Part shown: in pieces, positions 1 through 13,660 of the stretch
How the letters are laid out: each line of letters opens with the position of its first letter
Position numbering within the stretch: position 1 is the stretch's first letter
Assembly: GCA_951406725.2 (NCBI GenBank)
Contig: OX597818.1
Location: forward strand, 89,280,001-89,344,000
Reading direction: 5' to 3'
Length of the DNA: 64,000 nucleotides
Source of the DNA: Octopus vulgaris
Lineage: Eukaryota
Program-made: the position numbers and the translations under genes
Notes under the pieces: model-generated
The model's input: the letters and a program-made list of their open reading frames with translations, nothing else
Told to the model about the DNA's origin: nothing
Database searches by the model: none

Positions 1-8
1 ATATTATA

Positions 9-134
9 TACGACGGTCTTCTTTCAATTTCCGCCTTTGGTCGGCTTTGGTCGGCCCGAGGCTATAGCAGACGACATTTGGCCAAGGTGTCACGCAGTGG
101 GACTGAACCCGGAACCATGTGGTTCGTTAGCAAG
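9..134 (-). mobile_element. SINE family A, partial 5' half
   Basis: Reverse complement of CCACATGGTTCCGGGTTCAGTCCCACTGCGTG..CCTTGG..TATAGCCTCGGGCCGACCAAAG, as in the full copies at 16136 and 57469. Confidence 0.85.
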
Positions 135-135
135 G

Positions 136-273
136 TAGCGGCGCGTGGGTTAGTGGTTAGGATGTTGGACTCATGATCGTAAGATTGTGGTTTCGATTCC
201 ACTTCATTTCATTGCCCTAGTCCAATCAGCTGGCAAAAATGAGTAATCCTGCGAAGGACAGGCGTTCCGTCCA
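136..273 (+). mobile_element. SINE family C fragment (tRNA-derived head)
   Basis: GGCGCGTGGGTTAGTGGTTAGG (A box) and GGTTTCGATTCC (B box), followed by TCAGCTGGCAAAAATGAGT; homologous to 38690-39034. Confidence 0.7.
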
Positions 274-387
274 GAGATAGATATATAGATAGATAGACAG
301 ACAGACAGACATATAGATAGATAGATAGATAGATATCTTTTTAATCATGACAGACAAAGAGGCTTCTTCGTTTGACAGACTGATAGA

Positions 388-484
<97 letters not shown>

Positions 485-509
485 GATAGATAGATAGACA
501 GACAGACAT

Positions 510-579
<70 letters not shown>
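274..579. repeat. (GATA)n/(GACA)n microsatellite
   Basis: Directly visible. Confidence 0.95.
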
Positions 580-580
<1 letters not shown>

Positions 581-739
581 CGACGGGGTTCTTTCAGTTT
601 CCGTCTACCAAATCCACTCACAAGGCTTTGGTCGGCCCGAGGCTATAGTAGAGGACACTTGCCGAAAGTGCCACGCAGTAGGACTGAACCCAAAACCATG
701 TGGTTAGTAAGCAAGCTACCTACCCCACTGCCACTCCTG
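580..739 (-). mobile_element. SINE family A, 5' half
   Basis: Matches the family A head from CAGGAGTGGC to GAAAGAA..CCGTCG. Confidence 0.9.
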
Positions 740-740
740 T

Positions 741-2060
741 GTTATTGTTGTTGTTGTTGTTGTTTATGTTGCTGCTGCTGCTGTTAAAATTCTTTTGTGT
801 TGAATATATTTTGATGTTGTGGTAGCGGCTGTAGTGGTGGCGTCGATGTTGTTAACATTGGCATAGTTACTGTTGGCTTTTTTCAAAAGTGCTGGTGGTT
901 GTAATGGTGCCAATGGTAGTAGCATTAGTAGTGGTGGTTGTGATTGCAGTGGTGGTGGTGATGGTGGTAGTGATGGTTGTGGTGGTTGTGATTGCAGTGG
1001 TGGTGGTGATAGTGGTAGTGATGGTTGTGGTGGTGTTTGTTGTGGTGATTGTGGTTGTTGTGGTGGTGGTGGTGGTGGTGATGGCGGTTGCGGTGATGGT
1101 GGTGGTGGTGGTGGTGGTGGTAGTGATGGTGATGGTGCTAGGGAAGGTGGTGGTGACGGTGGTAGTGGTATGGTGGTGGTGGTGATGGTGGTGATGGTGG
1201 TGATGGTGGTGATGGTGGTGGTGGTGGTAGTGATGGTGGTGGTGGTTGTAGTGATGGTGGTAGTGGTGGTGGCAATGGTGGTAATGGTGGTAGTGGTGGT
1301 GGCAATGGTGGTAATGGTGGTAGTGGTGGTACTGGGGTGTTGGTGGTGATAGTGCATTTGTGTTGATGTAGCAGTGGTGGTAGTAGTACGCTTCATGTTC
1401 TTGATATTGTTGTTGTTGCTTCTATTAACCCTTTATTGAGTCCTTTTTACTGCTTCTATTGCTGTTGTGGTTGTAGTTTTCCTTTTTTTTTCTATTGATC
1501 ATATGGTTGTTGCAGTTGTTGTTGTTGGTGCAGCATTTCCCTCTTTGCTGCTACTAGTGCTGCTGCTGCTATTATTCCTATTCTTGTCATTCTTCTTGCT
1601 CTTATTGCTCTTGTTTCTTTTGCTGCTGCTGCTGCTGGTGCTACTGCTGCTACTGCTGCAGTTGCTGTTGTTACTGTTATTGTGGTTGTTGTTGTTGTTG
1701 CAGTTGCTGTTGCTGTTTCAGTTGCTGTTGTTGTTGGTGCTGCTGGTGCAGTTGTTGTTGTTGTTGCAGTTGCTGTTTCAGTTGCTGTTGTTGTTGATGC
1801 TGCTGTTGTAGTTGTTGTTGTTGTTGTTGCTGTTGTTGTTGTTGCTGTTGTTGTTGCTCTTGCAGTTACTGTTGTTGTTGTTGCTGCTGTTGCAGTTGCT
1901 GTTGTTGTTGGTGCTGCTGTTGCAGTTGTTGTTGTTGTTGTTGCTGTTGCTGTTGCAGTTGCTGTTGTTGTTGGTGCTGCTGTTTCAGTTGCTGTTGTTG
2001 TTGTTGCTGTTGCCGTTCTTCTTCCTTTTGTTGTTGTTTTTGTTCATGTTGTTGTTGACA
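741..2060. repeat. Compound (GGT)/(GTT)/(GCT) trinucleotide low-complexity tract
   Basis: Directly visible; explains the poly-T/V/L/Q ORFs. Confidence 0.9.
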
Positions 2061-2250
2061 CTCCTGCCATTGTCGATGTTTAATTATACAGCTCACCACT
2101 GATGAATCTCCCGTTGCCTGCGGGGGCAACCATTTCATCGGCGATAAGAAGAGGGGGAGAGGGGATGGGGGCAACATGGAAGCCGAATATTTTAAACTTT
2201 AGCTTTTACCACCGAACCAAATGCATTAGCAAAGGCATAGAGTGAGAGAA

Positions 2251-2291
<41 letters not shown>

Positions 2292-2641
2292 AAAGGAGGA
2301 GAAATGGGAGGAGAGGAGGAGGGAGATTTGAGTGAAGTAATGTTACCTATTCTGGATTGTATGCTGGGGTAGGTGAGTGGGGTTAGAACACGTGTATGCG
2401 GAGTAAAGGGATACGATGTGGAACTGCAATGAACAGCGTTAAACGCACGCAATGTATTCACATGTGGAGTTGATATATGTGCATGTGTGTGTGTGTGTGT
2501 GTGTTGTGTGAGTGTGTGGATATTTGTGTATGCATGTATGTTTATATACATATATATATATATACACATATACACACATGTATGTATGTAGGCATGTATG
2601 CATGCATGTATGTGTATATACATATATATACATATATATAC

Positions 2642-2707
<66 letters not shown>

Positions 2708-2864
2708 CATGCGGAGAGAGATGAGGAGAAAGAGAGAAAGAGAAATAGATAGATACATAGGTATATGGTATATACATGCATGTGTGTATAAATATATATA
2801 TATGTGTGTGTGTGTGTGTATGTATGTATTTATATATACATATATATATTAGTATTGTGTATGC

Positions 2865-2920
<56 letters not shown>

Positions 2921-3234
2921 CATGTATATATATTATATATGCATATATATGTGTGTGTTTGATTATATATATATTTTATATATATATATATGTGGGGGTG
3001 AATGTGTGTGTTATGCAAGTATACATGCATGTATGTATGTTTGTATGTATAAATGAATAATGCATGTGTGTATATGTGTGTGCGTGTGTGTGTACATTCG
3101 TATAAAAACGTATTTTGACACGCAATCATAGCTGGGGCGGTACCTACATCAACATATTCAACACACATGCGTACGCAAACAAATACACATACATACACCT
3201 GCACACACACACACCTACACACATATATATATAC

Positions 3235-3282
<48 letters not shown>

Positions 3283-3392
3283 ACGTGTCTATATATTGTA
3301 TTCCATTAATACACTTAGATGTATGTATTACACATATTTATATATCCTTTCGAACTCTTCATGCTCTCGCGTCTTTTCCCCTTTCTCTTTCC

Positions 3393-3446
<54 letters not shown>

Positions 3447-4031
3447 TGTGTATGTGCGTGCCAGCGTATGTGCGCGTGCGTGTATGTTTGTATGGTAACA
3501 GTGTTTATTTGGAGTCACCTTCGACCTCTCTAATTCCTTTTATTATCCATAGCACAAACCTAACGAAACACCTAATTACATCCGTAGGCACTCCAACCAC
3601 CCCAGACATATATTTCATAAGTTGCTTTCGGCTATCTCACCCAAGCTGCCTTAGCTTTCAGCTAACGTACAGGTCATCCGAAATGCATCCCAATATTCTA
3701 ATGAGACCTAAACTAGAAATAACTCTGGTGAGAAAATCTGTAGCAACGGAGCACCTACCACTGGTCCCAGTGAAAATGAATACAGAAAACACACATTACT
3801 AATTAATTACCCCACATTCGATATCAGAGTCATTAATTCAAAACTTGTTTAAGTCCTTAAAAAGTATTTCCTCTTACATTATAAATATCACCAGATCTTT
3901 ACTAAACATTTCTATCGTACTTTGTTATTCTCCTGCTCCAATCTTCGATCGTAAATATCAACAACCAAGCCCTTGTAACTGCACTAATACCAGCAACATT
4001 TCTCTTGAATCTGTTTGGTTAAAGATATATA

Positions 4032-4263
4032 TATTTCTTTACTACCCACAAGGGGCTAAACATAGAGGGGACAAACAAGGACAGACAAAGGGATTAAGTC
4101 GTTTACATCGACCCCAGTGCGAAACTGGTACTTAATTTATCGACCCCGAAAGGATGAAAGGCAAAGTCGACCTCGGCGGAATTTGAACTCAGAATGTAAC
4201 GACAGACGAAATACGGCTACGCATTTTGCCCGGCGTGCTAACGTTTCTGCCAGCTCGCCGCCC
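4032..4263 (-). mobile_element. SINE family B, full-length, with 18-bp TSD
   Basis: tRNA-like head GGCGGCGAGCTGGCAGAAACGTTAGC..GAGTTCAAATTC; central GTCGACTTTGCCTTTCATCCTTTCGGGGTCGAT; TSD TTTGGTTAAAGATATATA at 4014-4031 and 4264-4281. Confidence 0.93.
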
Positions 4264-4937
4264 TTTGGTTAAAGATATATAGTGTACTAATATACACATT
4301 ACTTTATTTGAAAATTTTGCCATAAAGGCATAACACAGAGTAGCTTGCAGGCTGGACAAAAACATTGATGAGATGAATGATGAAAAGGGATGATATTGTT
4401 GGGAGAAGACATAAAACGCCCGCCGATTTTTTGCTTCTCTAAAATATTATTCTTTTTTTTTTTTTTACATAGTAAAAACAATGCGAAATATTAAACCTCT
4501 TACTTCAGTTCCGTAGTTCATTCTCAATTGAGGCTCTGAGCCTCTTACAAACAATAAACTGAAAACACAAAGCAAAACAACAGACCGAGGCACTACACCT
4601 CTTACTTTAATGTTAATACACAATACGAGGCACTAAGCTTCTTAATTTTTCCGCCCCGCCGTCACCCGACCAGGCTCAATGCCACACTCAAACACCTCGA
4701 TGGTGCTAGGTCGGGACTTTTCGGCAAAAAGAGAAATGTGTCCTCAGGGAAGGACTTTATTACCTCAAACAAGTTTTTTTCCCACACGACCTCTGCAGCT
4801 ACCTGCGGAGGCCAATCAGAGTTCTTGATACAGGTACTAATTCTTTCCCATCAACCTTCTTTATTAAACTTTTTAATCATTTTTTGAATTTCCCCTCCCC
4901 TTATACACACTATATACTTGAGGACCTTTGATGCTTA

Positions 4938-5062
4938 CGAGTTCCTCCGCCCTTTGACAGGTTTTGTTTTTCATCCCAAATGGTATCCAAATCACTGCCT
5001 TTATTAAGCAAGTTTAGTGGGGTTGCCAGTTTAGTCACCGACGATCGACCATGCAACAGGGT
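4938..5062 (-). mobile_element. Diverged fragment of the ~560-bp RTE-5'UTR-like element
   Basis: Aligns by eye to 24241-24366 (GAGTTCCTC.GCCCTTT..GGGGTTGCC.GTTTAGTC..GACCATGCAACAGG). Confidence 0.7.
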
Positions 5063-5239
5063 CACACCATCGTATTACCCATCACATTGCCATCCCCAAC
5101 ACCAGCACTATCATTACCATTGCCATTACCAGGTATCATATCTCTATCCTACGCTATCACTGATGCCATCCCCATCACAATTACCATTATTTGTAGAACC
5201 ACCGCTACCTGATTTACCATTGGCATCTACAGTCAGCAC

Positions 5240-6770
5240 CACTACAATCACCACCACCACAACCATCACCACCACAGTCATTACCACCACAACCACCACC
5301 ACAGCCACAACCATCCCAACCACCACAACCACCACCACAACCTCTATTACCACAACTATCATCACCGCAACTACCTCAACCATAACCACCCTCACCACAA
5401 CTACCACCACAACCACCACCTCAACCACCACCACCACTACCACCACCACCTCAACCGCCACCACCTCAACCACCACCACCTCAACCACCACCACCTCAAC
5501 CACCACCACCATCCACAACCACCACCTCAACCACCACCTCAACCACCACCACAACCACCACTACCACCACAACTACCACCACCACCTCAACCACCACCAT
5601 CACAACCCCCATTACCACCACAACTACCACTACAACTACCACCACCACCTCAACCACCTCCACCTCAACCACCACCTCAACCACCACCACAACTACCACT
5701 ATCATCACAACTACTACCACTACCACAACTACCACTACCATCACAACTACTACCACCACCACAATCACCACCACCACCAAAATCCCTACCACAACCACTT
5801 CTACCACAACTGCCACCACACCACCCCTCTACGCAACGATATTTCCATCAGCATTACCACCACAACCAGCTGCACAACCACTACAAAGGTCACCCAACTC
5901 CAACTGCCACCAGAAATACCACTACCATTACCACTGAAAACACCACCACAATTACCACCAAAAGTGCTACAACAACCACCACCCAAACCATCGTCACAAT
6001 CATCAACACGTCTACCAGCGCACTCTTAACAATCACCTTCACTATCCACCATGACAATCACCACTACAATCACTGCCTTGTACACTACAACCGCCACCAC
6101 AACCAACAACATAATCGTCACCACCACTCCCACTACATCCCGTGTCACCACTGACACCATCGCAGAAAATTGCAATAGCTATTACTAACATTGGCTCCGC
6201 CGCGATCATCCCCCCCCCCCCATCAACAACCCAACCCTCTGGATAACCAAGCCCCCTCCTCCACAACCCTCTCCACCGCCACAGCTCTCTCCATCACAGC
6301 TCTCTCCCTACACCCGCCACCGCCACGAGCCCCTTCCATCACCACAATCCGACTCCTTACACCACCACAACCCCATCCATCACCACCAAAACCCCGTCCA
6401 CCGCCAGAAACCCTTCCACCACTACAAACCCCTCCACCACCACGCCTTCACCACAGCTCCACCATCACAACCCTCAACACCACCACAACATCCTCCACCA
6501 TCACAACACCTTTTACCACCACCACCACAATCCCCTCCACCACCACAACTCCACCACCACAACTCCACCACCACAACTCCACCACCACAACTCCACCACC
6601 ACAACTCCACCTCCTCTAACTCCACAACCATTACAACATTACAATTATTATTACCAACCCTGGTTCCACTATTATCTCCATTACTGTTACCATTAACACC
6701 ACTAACACTACAACTACTACTTCTACCTTTTCATAATTACCATCACCACCACCACCATCCATTACCATAT
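5240..6770. repeat. (ACC)/(CAA)-rich low-complexity tract
   Basis: Directly visible; source of the Thr/His/Pro-rich ORFs. Confidence 0.9.
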
Positions 6771-7214
6771 AATAATCTGCATTGACCGCTCATATTTCCC
6801 ATCGTGCATATAGTTGCAAACATCTGTGTGTTAAGAATCAAATTGAAGTGTGTATAACACTATGACCTTCTGACATCATTGCAACTTAGAGATGCATATT
6901 GTAACAGCCTGGGAGAACATTTATCTGCATCTTCGTTTTCTTCACAACAATTATTGCCAGGTTCAAGTTGCAACACGTTGCACTAAATTAAGTGCAGTTT
7001 CCTTTCGTTAGTGCTAAATCTCTTGTGAGAGAATGAATGTGTCGCAACAATAAGTTCGTTATCTCGTTTACAAAATTCTGTATACACAATGTCACTTATT
7101 TCAATATGACGTATTCTGTATTATACTGCAAAAACCTAACGTATTTGTTGCCGCTTCTTAAGCAAGGACACAACTTCCGGTGATCTAGGGTTTTTTAACA
7201 AGAACTCAACTCCT

Positions 7215-7320
7215 GAGGATTTAGGCTCCGTGGCGGAAATTACAAAGAAAGATATAGAAACTAGAATTATTATGGCTTGGACTGTACTGGAGAAACTAGG
7301 CACAGTGTGAAAAAGATGCA
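7215..7320 (+). pseudogene. Short RTE-type LINE RT-downstream fragment
   Basis: Translates LGSVAEITKKDIETRIIMAWTVLEKLGTV*K, resembling the RTE motif YLGS...KDI..RI..AW..L..IWK. Confidence 0.5.
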
Positions 7321-7729
7321 ACACGTAATGTTATCGTTGCTCTTCTTAAATCAGTAGACAACTTCCTGTTGTCTAGGCTCTTTAGCGGAAGCTAATGAGA
7401 CGGATTAGACAGTTCTGAGGAAAATTGTATGAAGAAGAAAACTGCGGCAAAGCTGCATGATAGTGGCGTCAGATGTGGCATATAGACCATCATGTAACTT
7501 ATTTGACATTGCGTTTTTATTCTTTTCAACATTCCGTTGTTATTTTTCTCTTCCGTTTTACGAATTCAGTTTGCACATTCGCATTGCATGTTCATCCTTC
7601 TTCGTCCGGTTTCTGCTCAAAACTGTTTACAGATTACAACTATCTCACGAACTGCGTTCGTCAGCACATCTCTGGACGAAGACAGAAGTAACTTGACCGT
7701 GAATGATGTATATAGATAAAGTATATAAC

Positions 7730-7812
7730 AGGCGCATGAGTGGCTGCGTGACACCTTGGGCAAGTGTCTTTTACTATAGCTTCGGGCCGACCAAGGCCTT
7801 GTGAGTGGATTT

Positions 7813-7845
<33 letters not shown>

Positions 7846-8128
7846 GTGTGTGTGTGTGTGTGTGTGCGTGTGTGTGTGTGTATGTATGTATGTATGTATG
7901 TATGTGTGTGTATATGTTTGTGTGTCTGTGTTTGTCCCCACAACATCGCTTGACAACCGATGTTGGTGTGTTTACGTCCCCGTAAATTAGCGGTTCGACA
8001 AAAGAGACCAATAGAATAAGTACTAGGCTTACAAAGAATAAATCCTGGGGTCGATTTGCTCGACTAAAGGTGGTGCTCCAGCATGGCCGCAGTCAAATGA
8101 CTGAAACAAGTAAAAGAGTAAAATAAAA
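7730..8128 (+). mobile_element. SINE family A with internal (TA)(TG) microsatellite and head deletion
   Basis: Head GGCGCATGAGTGGCTG, CORE-like ACCTTGGGCAAGTG, tail GGTGCTCCAGCATGGCCGCAGTCAAATGACTGAAACAAG. Confidence 0.92.
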
Positions 8129-8156
8129 AGGCTATTTTAATTTAATTTAATTTAAT

Positions 8157-8300
8157 GTTCTGAGTTGAAATGCCCCCGGGATAAACTTTACCTTTCATCC
8201 TTTTTGAGTCGATAAAATAAGTATCAGTTGAACACTGGGGTCAGTGTAATCGACTTATCCTCTCCCCCAAAATTGCTGGCCTTGATTCAGAATTTGAAAG
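8157..8300 (+). mobile_element. Old SINE family B copy (alternative tail)
   Basis: CTTTCATCCTTTT..GTCGATAAAATAAGTA and CCCAAAATTGCTGGCCTTG. Confidence 0.75.
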
Positions 8301-8337
8301 CGTTTGAAATCGATTTAATACTGCTTCTATGGATTAA

Positions 8338-8933
8338 GTAATTATTTCAAATTTTCGCCACAAGGGCAGCTTGGGGGAGGTGGGGATGAGTCGATGACAT
8401 CGACCCCTCCACCCCTTCCCCAGTGTTCAACTGGTACTTATTTTATTGACTCCGAAATGATGAAAGACAAAGTCAGCCTCGGCAGAATTTGAACGCAGAA
8501 CGACGCGACAGGCGAAATACCTGTTTCTTTACAACCCACAAGGGGCTAAACACAGAGAGGACAAACAAAGAGAGACAAACGGAGTAAGTCGATTATATCG
8601 ACCCCAGTGTGTAAATGGTACTTATTTAATCGACCCCGAAAGGATGAAAGGCAAAGTCGACCTCGGCGGAATTTGAACTCAGAACGTAGCGGTAGACGAA
8701 ATACCTATTTCTTTACTACCCACAAGGGGCTAAACACAGAGAGGACAAACAAGGACAGACAGACAAACGGATTAAGTCGATTATATCGACCCCAGTGCGT
8801 AAATGGTACTTATTTAATCGACCCCTGAAAGGCAAAGTCGACCTCGGCGGAATTTGAACTCAGAACGTAACCGCAGACGAAATACCACTAAGCATTTCGC
8901 CCGACGTGCTAACGTTTCTACCAGCTCGCCGCC
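8338..8933 (-). mobile_element. Trimeric SINE family B inside one TSD
   Basis: Three head-to-tail body units; TTCTATGGATTAA at 8325-8337 and 8937-8949. Confidence 0.85.
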
Positions 8934-9060
8934 TTATTCTATGGATTAATTAATAGTTTCGGATTTAGGCAAAAAAAAGAAAATGAACAAGAGTTTTGAG
9001 ACTGTGTTTTTCAATAATATCTAAGCCAGTACTTATCGCCTTTGGGGAGTCCATATACTC

Positions 9061-9431
9061 TTTTACTTTTACGCTTCAATCATTTGAATGCGGCCATGCT
9101 GGAGCAACGCCTTTAGTCGAACAAACCGATCCCAGGACTTATTCTTTGCAAGCTTAGTACTTATTCTATCGGTTTATTTTTGCCAAACCGTTAAGTTACG
9201 GTGAAGTAAACACACCAAGATTGGTTGTCAAGTGATGGTAGGGACGCACGAATATATATATATATACGACGGGCTTCTTTCAGTTTCCATTTACCAAATC
9301 CATTCAGAAGGCTTTGGTCGGCCCGAGGCTATAGTAGAAGGCACTTACCTAAGATGTCACACAGTGGGAATGAACCTGTAACCATGCGGTTGGGAAGCAA
9401 TCTACTTACCACACAGCCACTCCTGCGCCTA
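9061..9431 (-). mobile_element. SINE family A, full-length
   Basis: Both the head (GGCGCAGGAGTGGCTGTGTGGTAAG) and the tail are present. Confidence 0.92.
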
Positions 9432-9689
9432 TAAGATTTCTTTCTTTTTTTTTTTGTTAAAATTTATCATCAACAAATCGATTAGACTTCTACAACACAC
9501 AAAATATTCTGGCAATTTTTATGCAGTTGCCATAGTAATGAAGCTAAAGCACACAGAGTGAAACCGCTCGGGACAGATTGACCTTGAACTCTGCTGTGTA
9601 TGCACACTAGGTTTTAACGTTCTAGCTCAAATCCGCTGTTTAAAGTTCTTGGAAGGAAGGTGTGTTGCGTGTGATCGTCGCATTGACTA

Positions 9690-9985
9690 TAACAAAGTTG
9701 AGCAGAGAATGTGCATCAAATTTAGCCGAAAGCTTGGCGATACCTGCTCAGAGGCTTACGCAAAGTTTTCACAAGGTTTTCATCGTTCTCGATACAATCA
9801 AGAAGATCTTGTGAAACTGAAACCCGTGTGTCTTTTTTGTCAGCTGAAAACAGTTTGGGCACAAACTTGGCAGACTCGCGTCTCATACCCAAATCTTCAG
9901 TGATGATGGACTGAACTGAACCGTAACTAATCTGCACACCCTCTGATAATTCACGGATGGTGATTCGATCATTTCCCCTCATAGA
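9690..9985. pseudogene. Rearranged mariner transposase fragments
   Basis: + strand EQRMCIKFSRKLGDTCSEAYAKF (N-terminal HTH); - strand DRITIRELSEGVQISYGSVQSIITEDLGMRRESAKFVPKL (second HTH and WVP-like linker). Confidence 0.85.
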
Positions 9986-10334
9986 TGCATACAAGAACCC
10001 CGAGAATCGAAAGAAATACATCCTGGCGCTCTATCGATTCTATCAATTCACTGCTTTAAAGTCTTTTGTATGCTAAAGTTTAGTTCTACATTGTAGAACA
10101 TGATGTGTGATTCAACCCGGACTAGAGCGGCGGATCAAGATTTCTTGCTAATCATGGCAGGGGATCCAACCATACAAATAGACCCAACCAAATGCTATCC
10201 TCGCTGATCGAGATCAAAGAGCAAGTGGATCAAATTGAATATATTGTTTCGATTGCTCTGAGCTGGTCATAAAATATAAGCTCTTTCCAGTTGCTGTGAT
10301 TGTGGTTACTGCTATTGTTGCGTTTGTTGTTCCT

Positions 10335-10338
10335 ATTA

Positions 10339-10408
<70 letters not shown>

Positions 10409-10429
10409 CATTATTATTATTGTTGTTGC

Positions 10430-10525
<96 letters not shown>
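10335..10525. repeat. (ATT)n/(GTT)n microsatellite
   Basis: Directly visible. Confidence 0.95.
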
Positions 10526-10527
<2 letters not shown>

Positions 10528-11779
10528 GTCCTCATTTTCTTTATTATCTTCTACTTTTTATAAACATGGCATATGAATACTAGTAATTCGCTATTGTTTG
10601 AAGCATCTGTTGATTCAAAGAGTTGCATCTGGAGTTTTGCAGGATTTTTTTTTTTTTTACTTTAAACAACTTATAACTTGGGTTACTATAATCTTATGCA
10701 AATCCTTATTTCTCTGGCGTACAGTGCCACAGTGTCGTTAAACAAGGACAACGGAATCAATCACTCCTTGCCTTTCCTTCCAACACGAATTTAACCAAAG
10801 CAGGATTTGAATTCAGAAAGTAAAAGCGTAGACACATGGTATGCGGCATCTTCAGCGCACTCAGGTTCGTTCGACTTGCTCCGATTGAACGAGGTTTCTT
10901 TTATTTTGCAACCATGTATGAAACTTTATTGTAGGCTTCCAGAAGAGGTTTGTTTTTTTGTTTTTTTTTCAACAAGATCAAATTCTTATGCAATGTAACG
11001 AATTCCGTTTAACTTGAAAGCATCAATCAAGATGCTTGCAGTGTTTCTGCGCATGCTTTTCAGATGTACCCTCCAATCCTGTCAAATTTCTATTGTTCAT
11101 TACCAAATATCAAATCATGTATTAGAATCTTCCTGTTCTATCTTGTGCTGTCATAGAGGTGAAACCAAACTCAATATATTCATTAATCTTCTTCCGGTTA
11201 AGGCAGACGATATTTTTTTGAAAATACAACTTTCCAAAGAATAAAAAGAAAAACGTTTACAAACGCCAAACAAAAATTATGATATCAAGCGAAAAATAAT
11301 TTTTAGAAAATGCATTATCATTCACCCCGGCTTTATACAATGTTGACATTATGATACACCGATTAAATGTGAATGAGTTGTGCAAAAGTTCTCAATATGG
11401 CGAATTAGTGGCGGGGAAGATGTATGGATAGACTCATATTTATAAAAATCATGAGATATCTAACATGACCACACCAACATGTTACCTTACAAAACACAAG
11501 GAAGAGTATTACAACAGTTTCATACAGAATGCTCGGGTCAAGTTTGATAGGAAAAGTAGAAACAATATTTTGTCGTATCTGGGGAGAGTCATATTATCTT
11601 AATGCCTTATCTAACACACTCACCGGTTCGATTTCCACTCAATATTTATATATTTTCTTCCAAAATTTTCGTTGCTCTTGTAAACTTGTCAATGGATGTT
11701 GACTCTGTCCATTATTGGAGCTGCGCTCTTTTTGCCTGTTTGTGCGCACAGTATCCTATTTAAGAAATGAAAGTATTTT

Positions 11780-12605
11780 AAAAAATAAAAGAATGTCAAC
11801 TTTACACAAAGTAGTTACCCTCAGCATCCACTACGGCCTCAAGATGGCTCCTGATCCTGTCGCATGCGTTCCTCACTGTGTCCCTGGAAAGATCTTCGAA
11901 CTCTTCTTTGATGTTGGTCCCCAGCTGGCCTTGCTTTGCAGGCAGAGTGCTGTTGCAGGCAGAGTGCTGTTGCAGGCAGAGTGCTGTTGCAGGCAGAGTG
12001 CTGTTGCAGGCAGAGTGCTGTTGCAGGCAGAGTGCTGTTGCAGGCAGAGTGCTGTTGCAGGCAGAGTGTTCTATGGAATTACAATCAGGGGGATTAAGAG
12101 ACCAGAAATTGTGGCTAGTGGAGTCGTAGAAATTCTCTGACAACCACTTCTGACACTTTCCGGAGGTAGGAAAGGAACCGAATTCTACCTCTACTCATAT
12201 GGCCTTCCTGCAACAACCCTCCCCAGCCAGGATTTGACCTAAGTTCATCAGTTATTGAATGAATTCCAGCGTGTCAGCGCAGTCAGAACGCCTTCCTGCT
12301 GGCCACGGCTTCGTAGTCTCCGTTGCAGCCGTCCATGTCACGTCTTACAGCCTTTACAGTGTTCATAGAGCGCTAAGCTGCAGTCACGATGCCAGTATTT
12401 TGATACCCGACGCGAATCGTCATGATACAAGTAACTTTTTCCCAATATTAAGATGGCTTCCAGTCTTCAATGTCAGCTAACATTTTTCAACTACAACTTT
12501 GATCTTTATGCACTTCAACGTCGTTAACTTATTACCCTACTACATCAAATTGTTCCTGAAAAAAAGGAGGCATAAAATATTGCCAAATTTTGCCCGGATA
12601 CCCAG
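11780..12605 (-). mobile_element. Internally deleted maT/DD37D-like Tc1/mariner transposon
   Basis: - strand NFWSLNPPDCNS and RDTVRNACDRIRSHLEAVVDAEGNYF (C-terminus typical of this family); TIR-like end CTGGGTATCCGGGCAAAATTTGG at 12605. Confidence 0.7.
11936..12068. repeat. 17-bp minisatellite (TTGCAGGCAGAGTGCTG), about 7.8 perfect units
   Basis: Directly visible. Confidence 0.97.
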
Positions 12606-13074
12606 CATAGAATATAACTTTCTCAAAATGATAATTTATCAGAGTTATCGGTCCCCATTATTAAATGCATTAAGACAGCAGAGATGATAGAGATACCGGT
12701 GGGCATATAGCACCTCCAAGGGTTGTTGATACCCCCAATTGAGAAATGCTGCTCTAAGACAGTCGTTGAAGCTACAAGAAATAGCAGCCAAATCTCACAT
12801 TACAGTCGGTCGTTTAAGGATGGAAGCGAAATTTTGGAGAATGTAGTTTAAGATACGGAAAAGGATGGGATTGACATGGCTGTAATGCTTTCGATCATAG
12901 ATTAAACTCAATCAAAGATGACCTGGGGTATAAACAGTAACAACACGATAATACAATTGTGATTAGGTATAGATTGAACGTAGTGAATAGATGGTACGTA
13001 TCTATGTAGCTACGCAATGTATTGATGTCGATTGTGTAGACATGGTGTGCAGATAGTGATTGGACAGACAACCA

Positions 13075-13660
<586 letters not shown>

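Noticed and set aside
2099-2140. CTGATGA plus hairpin as a hammerhead
   Set aside because: No GAAA after the stem and no stem I partner
764-2177. Gly/Cys-rich, poly-Q and poly-L ORFs
   Set aside because: Trinucleotide low-complexity sequence with no domain or splice evidence
4980-6619. 349-aa Thr/His-rich and Pro-rich ORFs as a mucin or His-rich protein
   Set aside because: Product of stop-free (ACC)n sequence, open in several frames and both strands; the start lies in a repeat fragment
11130-11210. hAT/Charlie-like transposase N-terminus on - (RKKINEYIEFGFTS)
   Set aside because: Too short and degenerate to call
11936-12068. Possible CRISPR-like array
   Set aside because: No spacers; eukaryotic minisatellite
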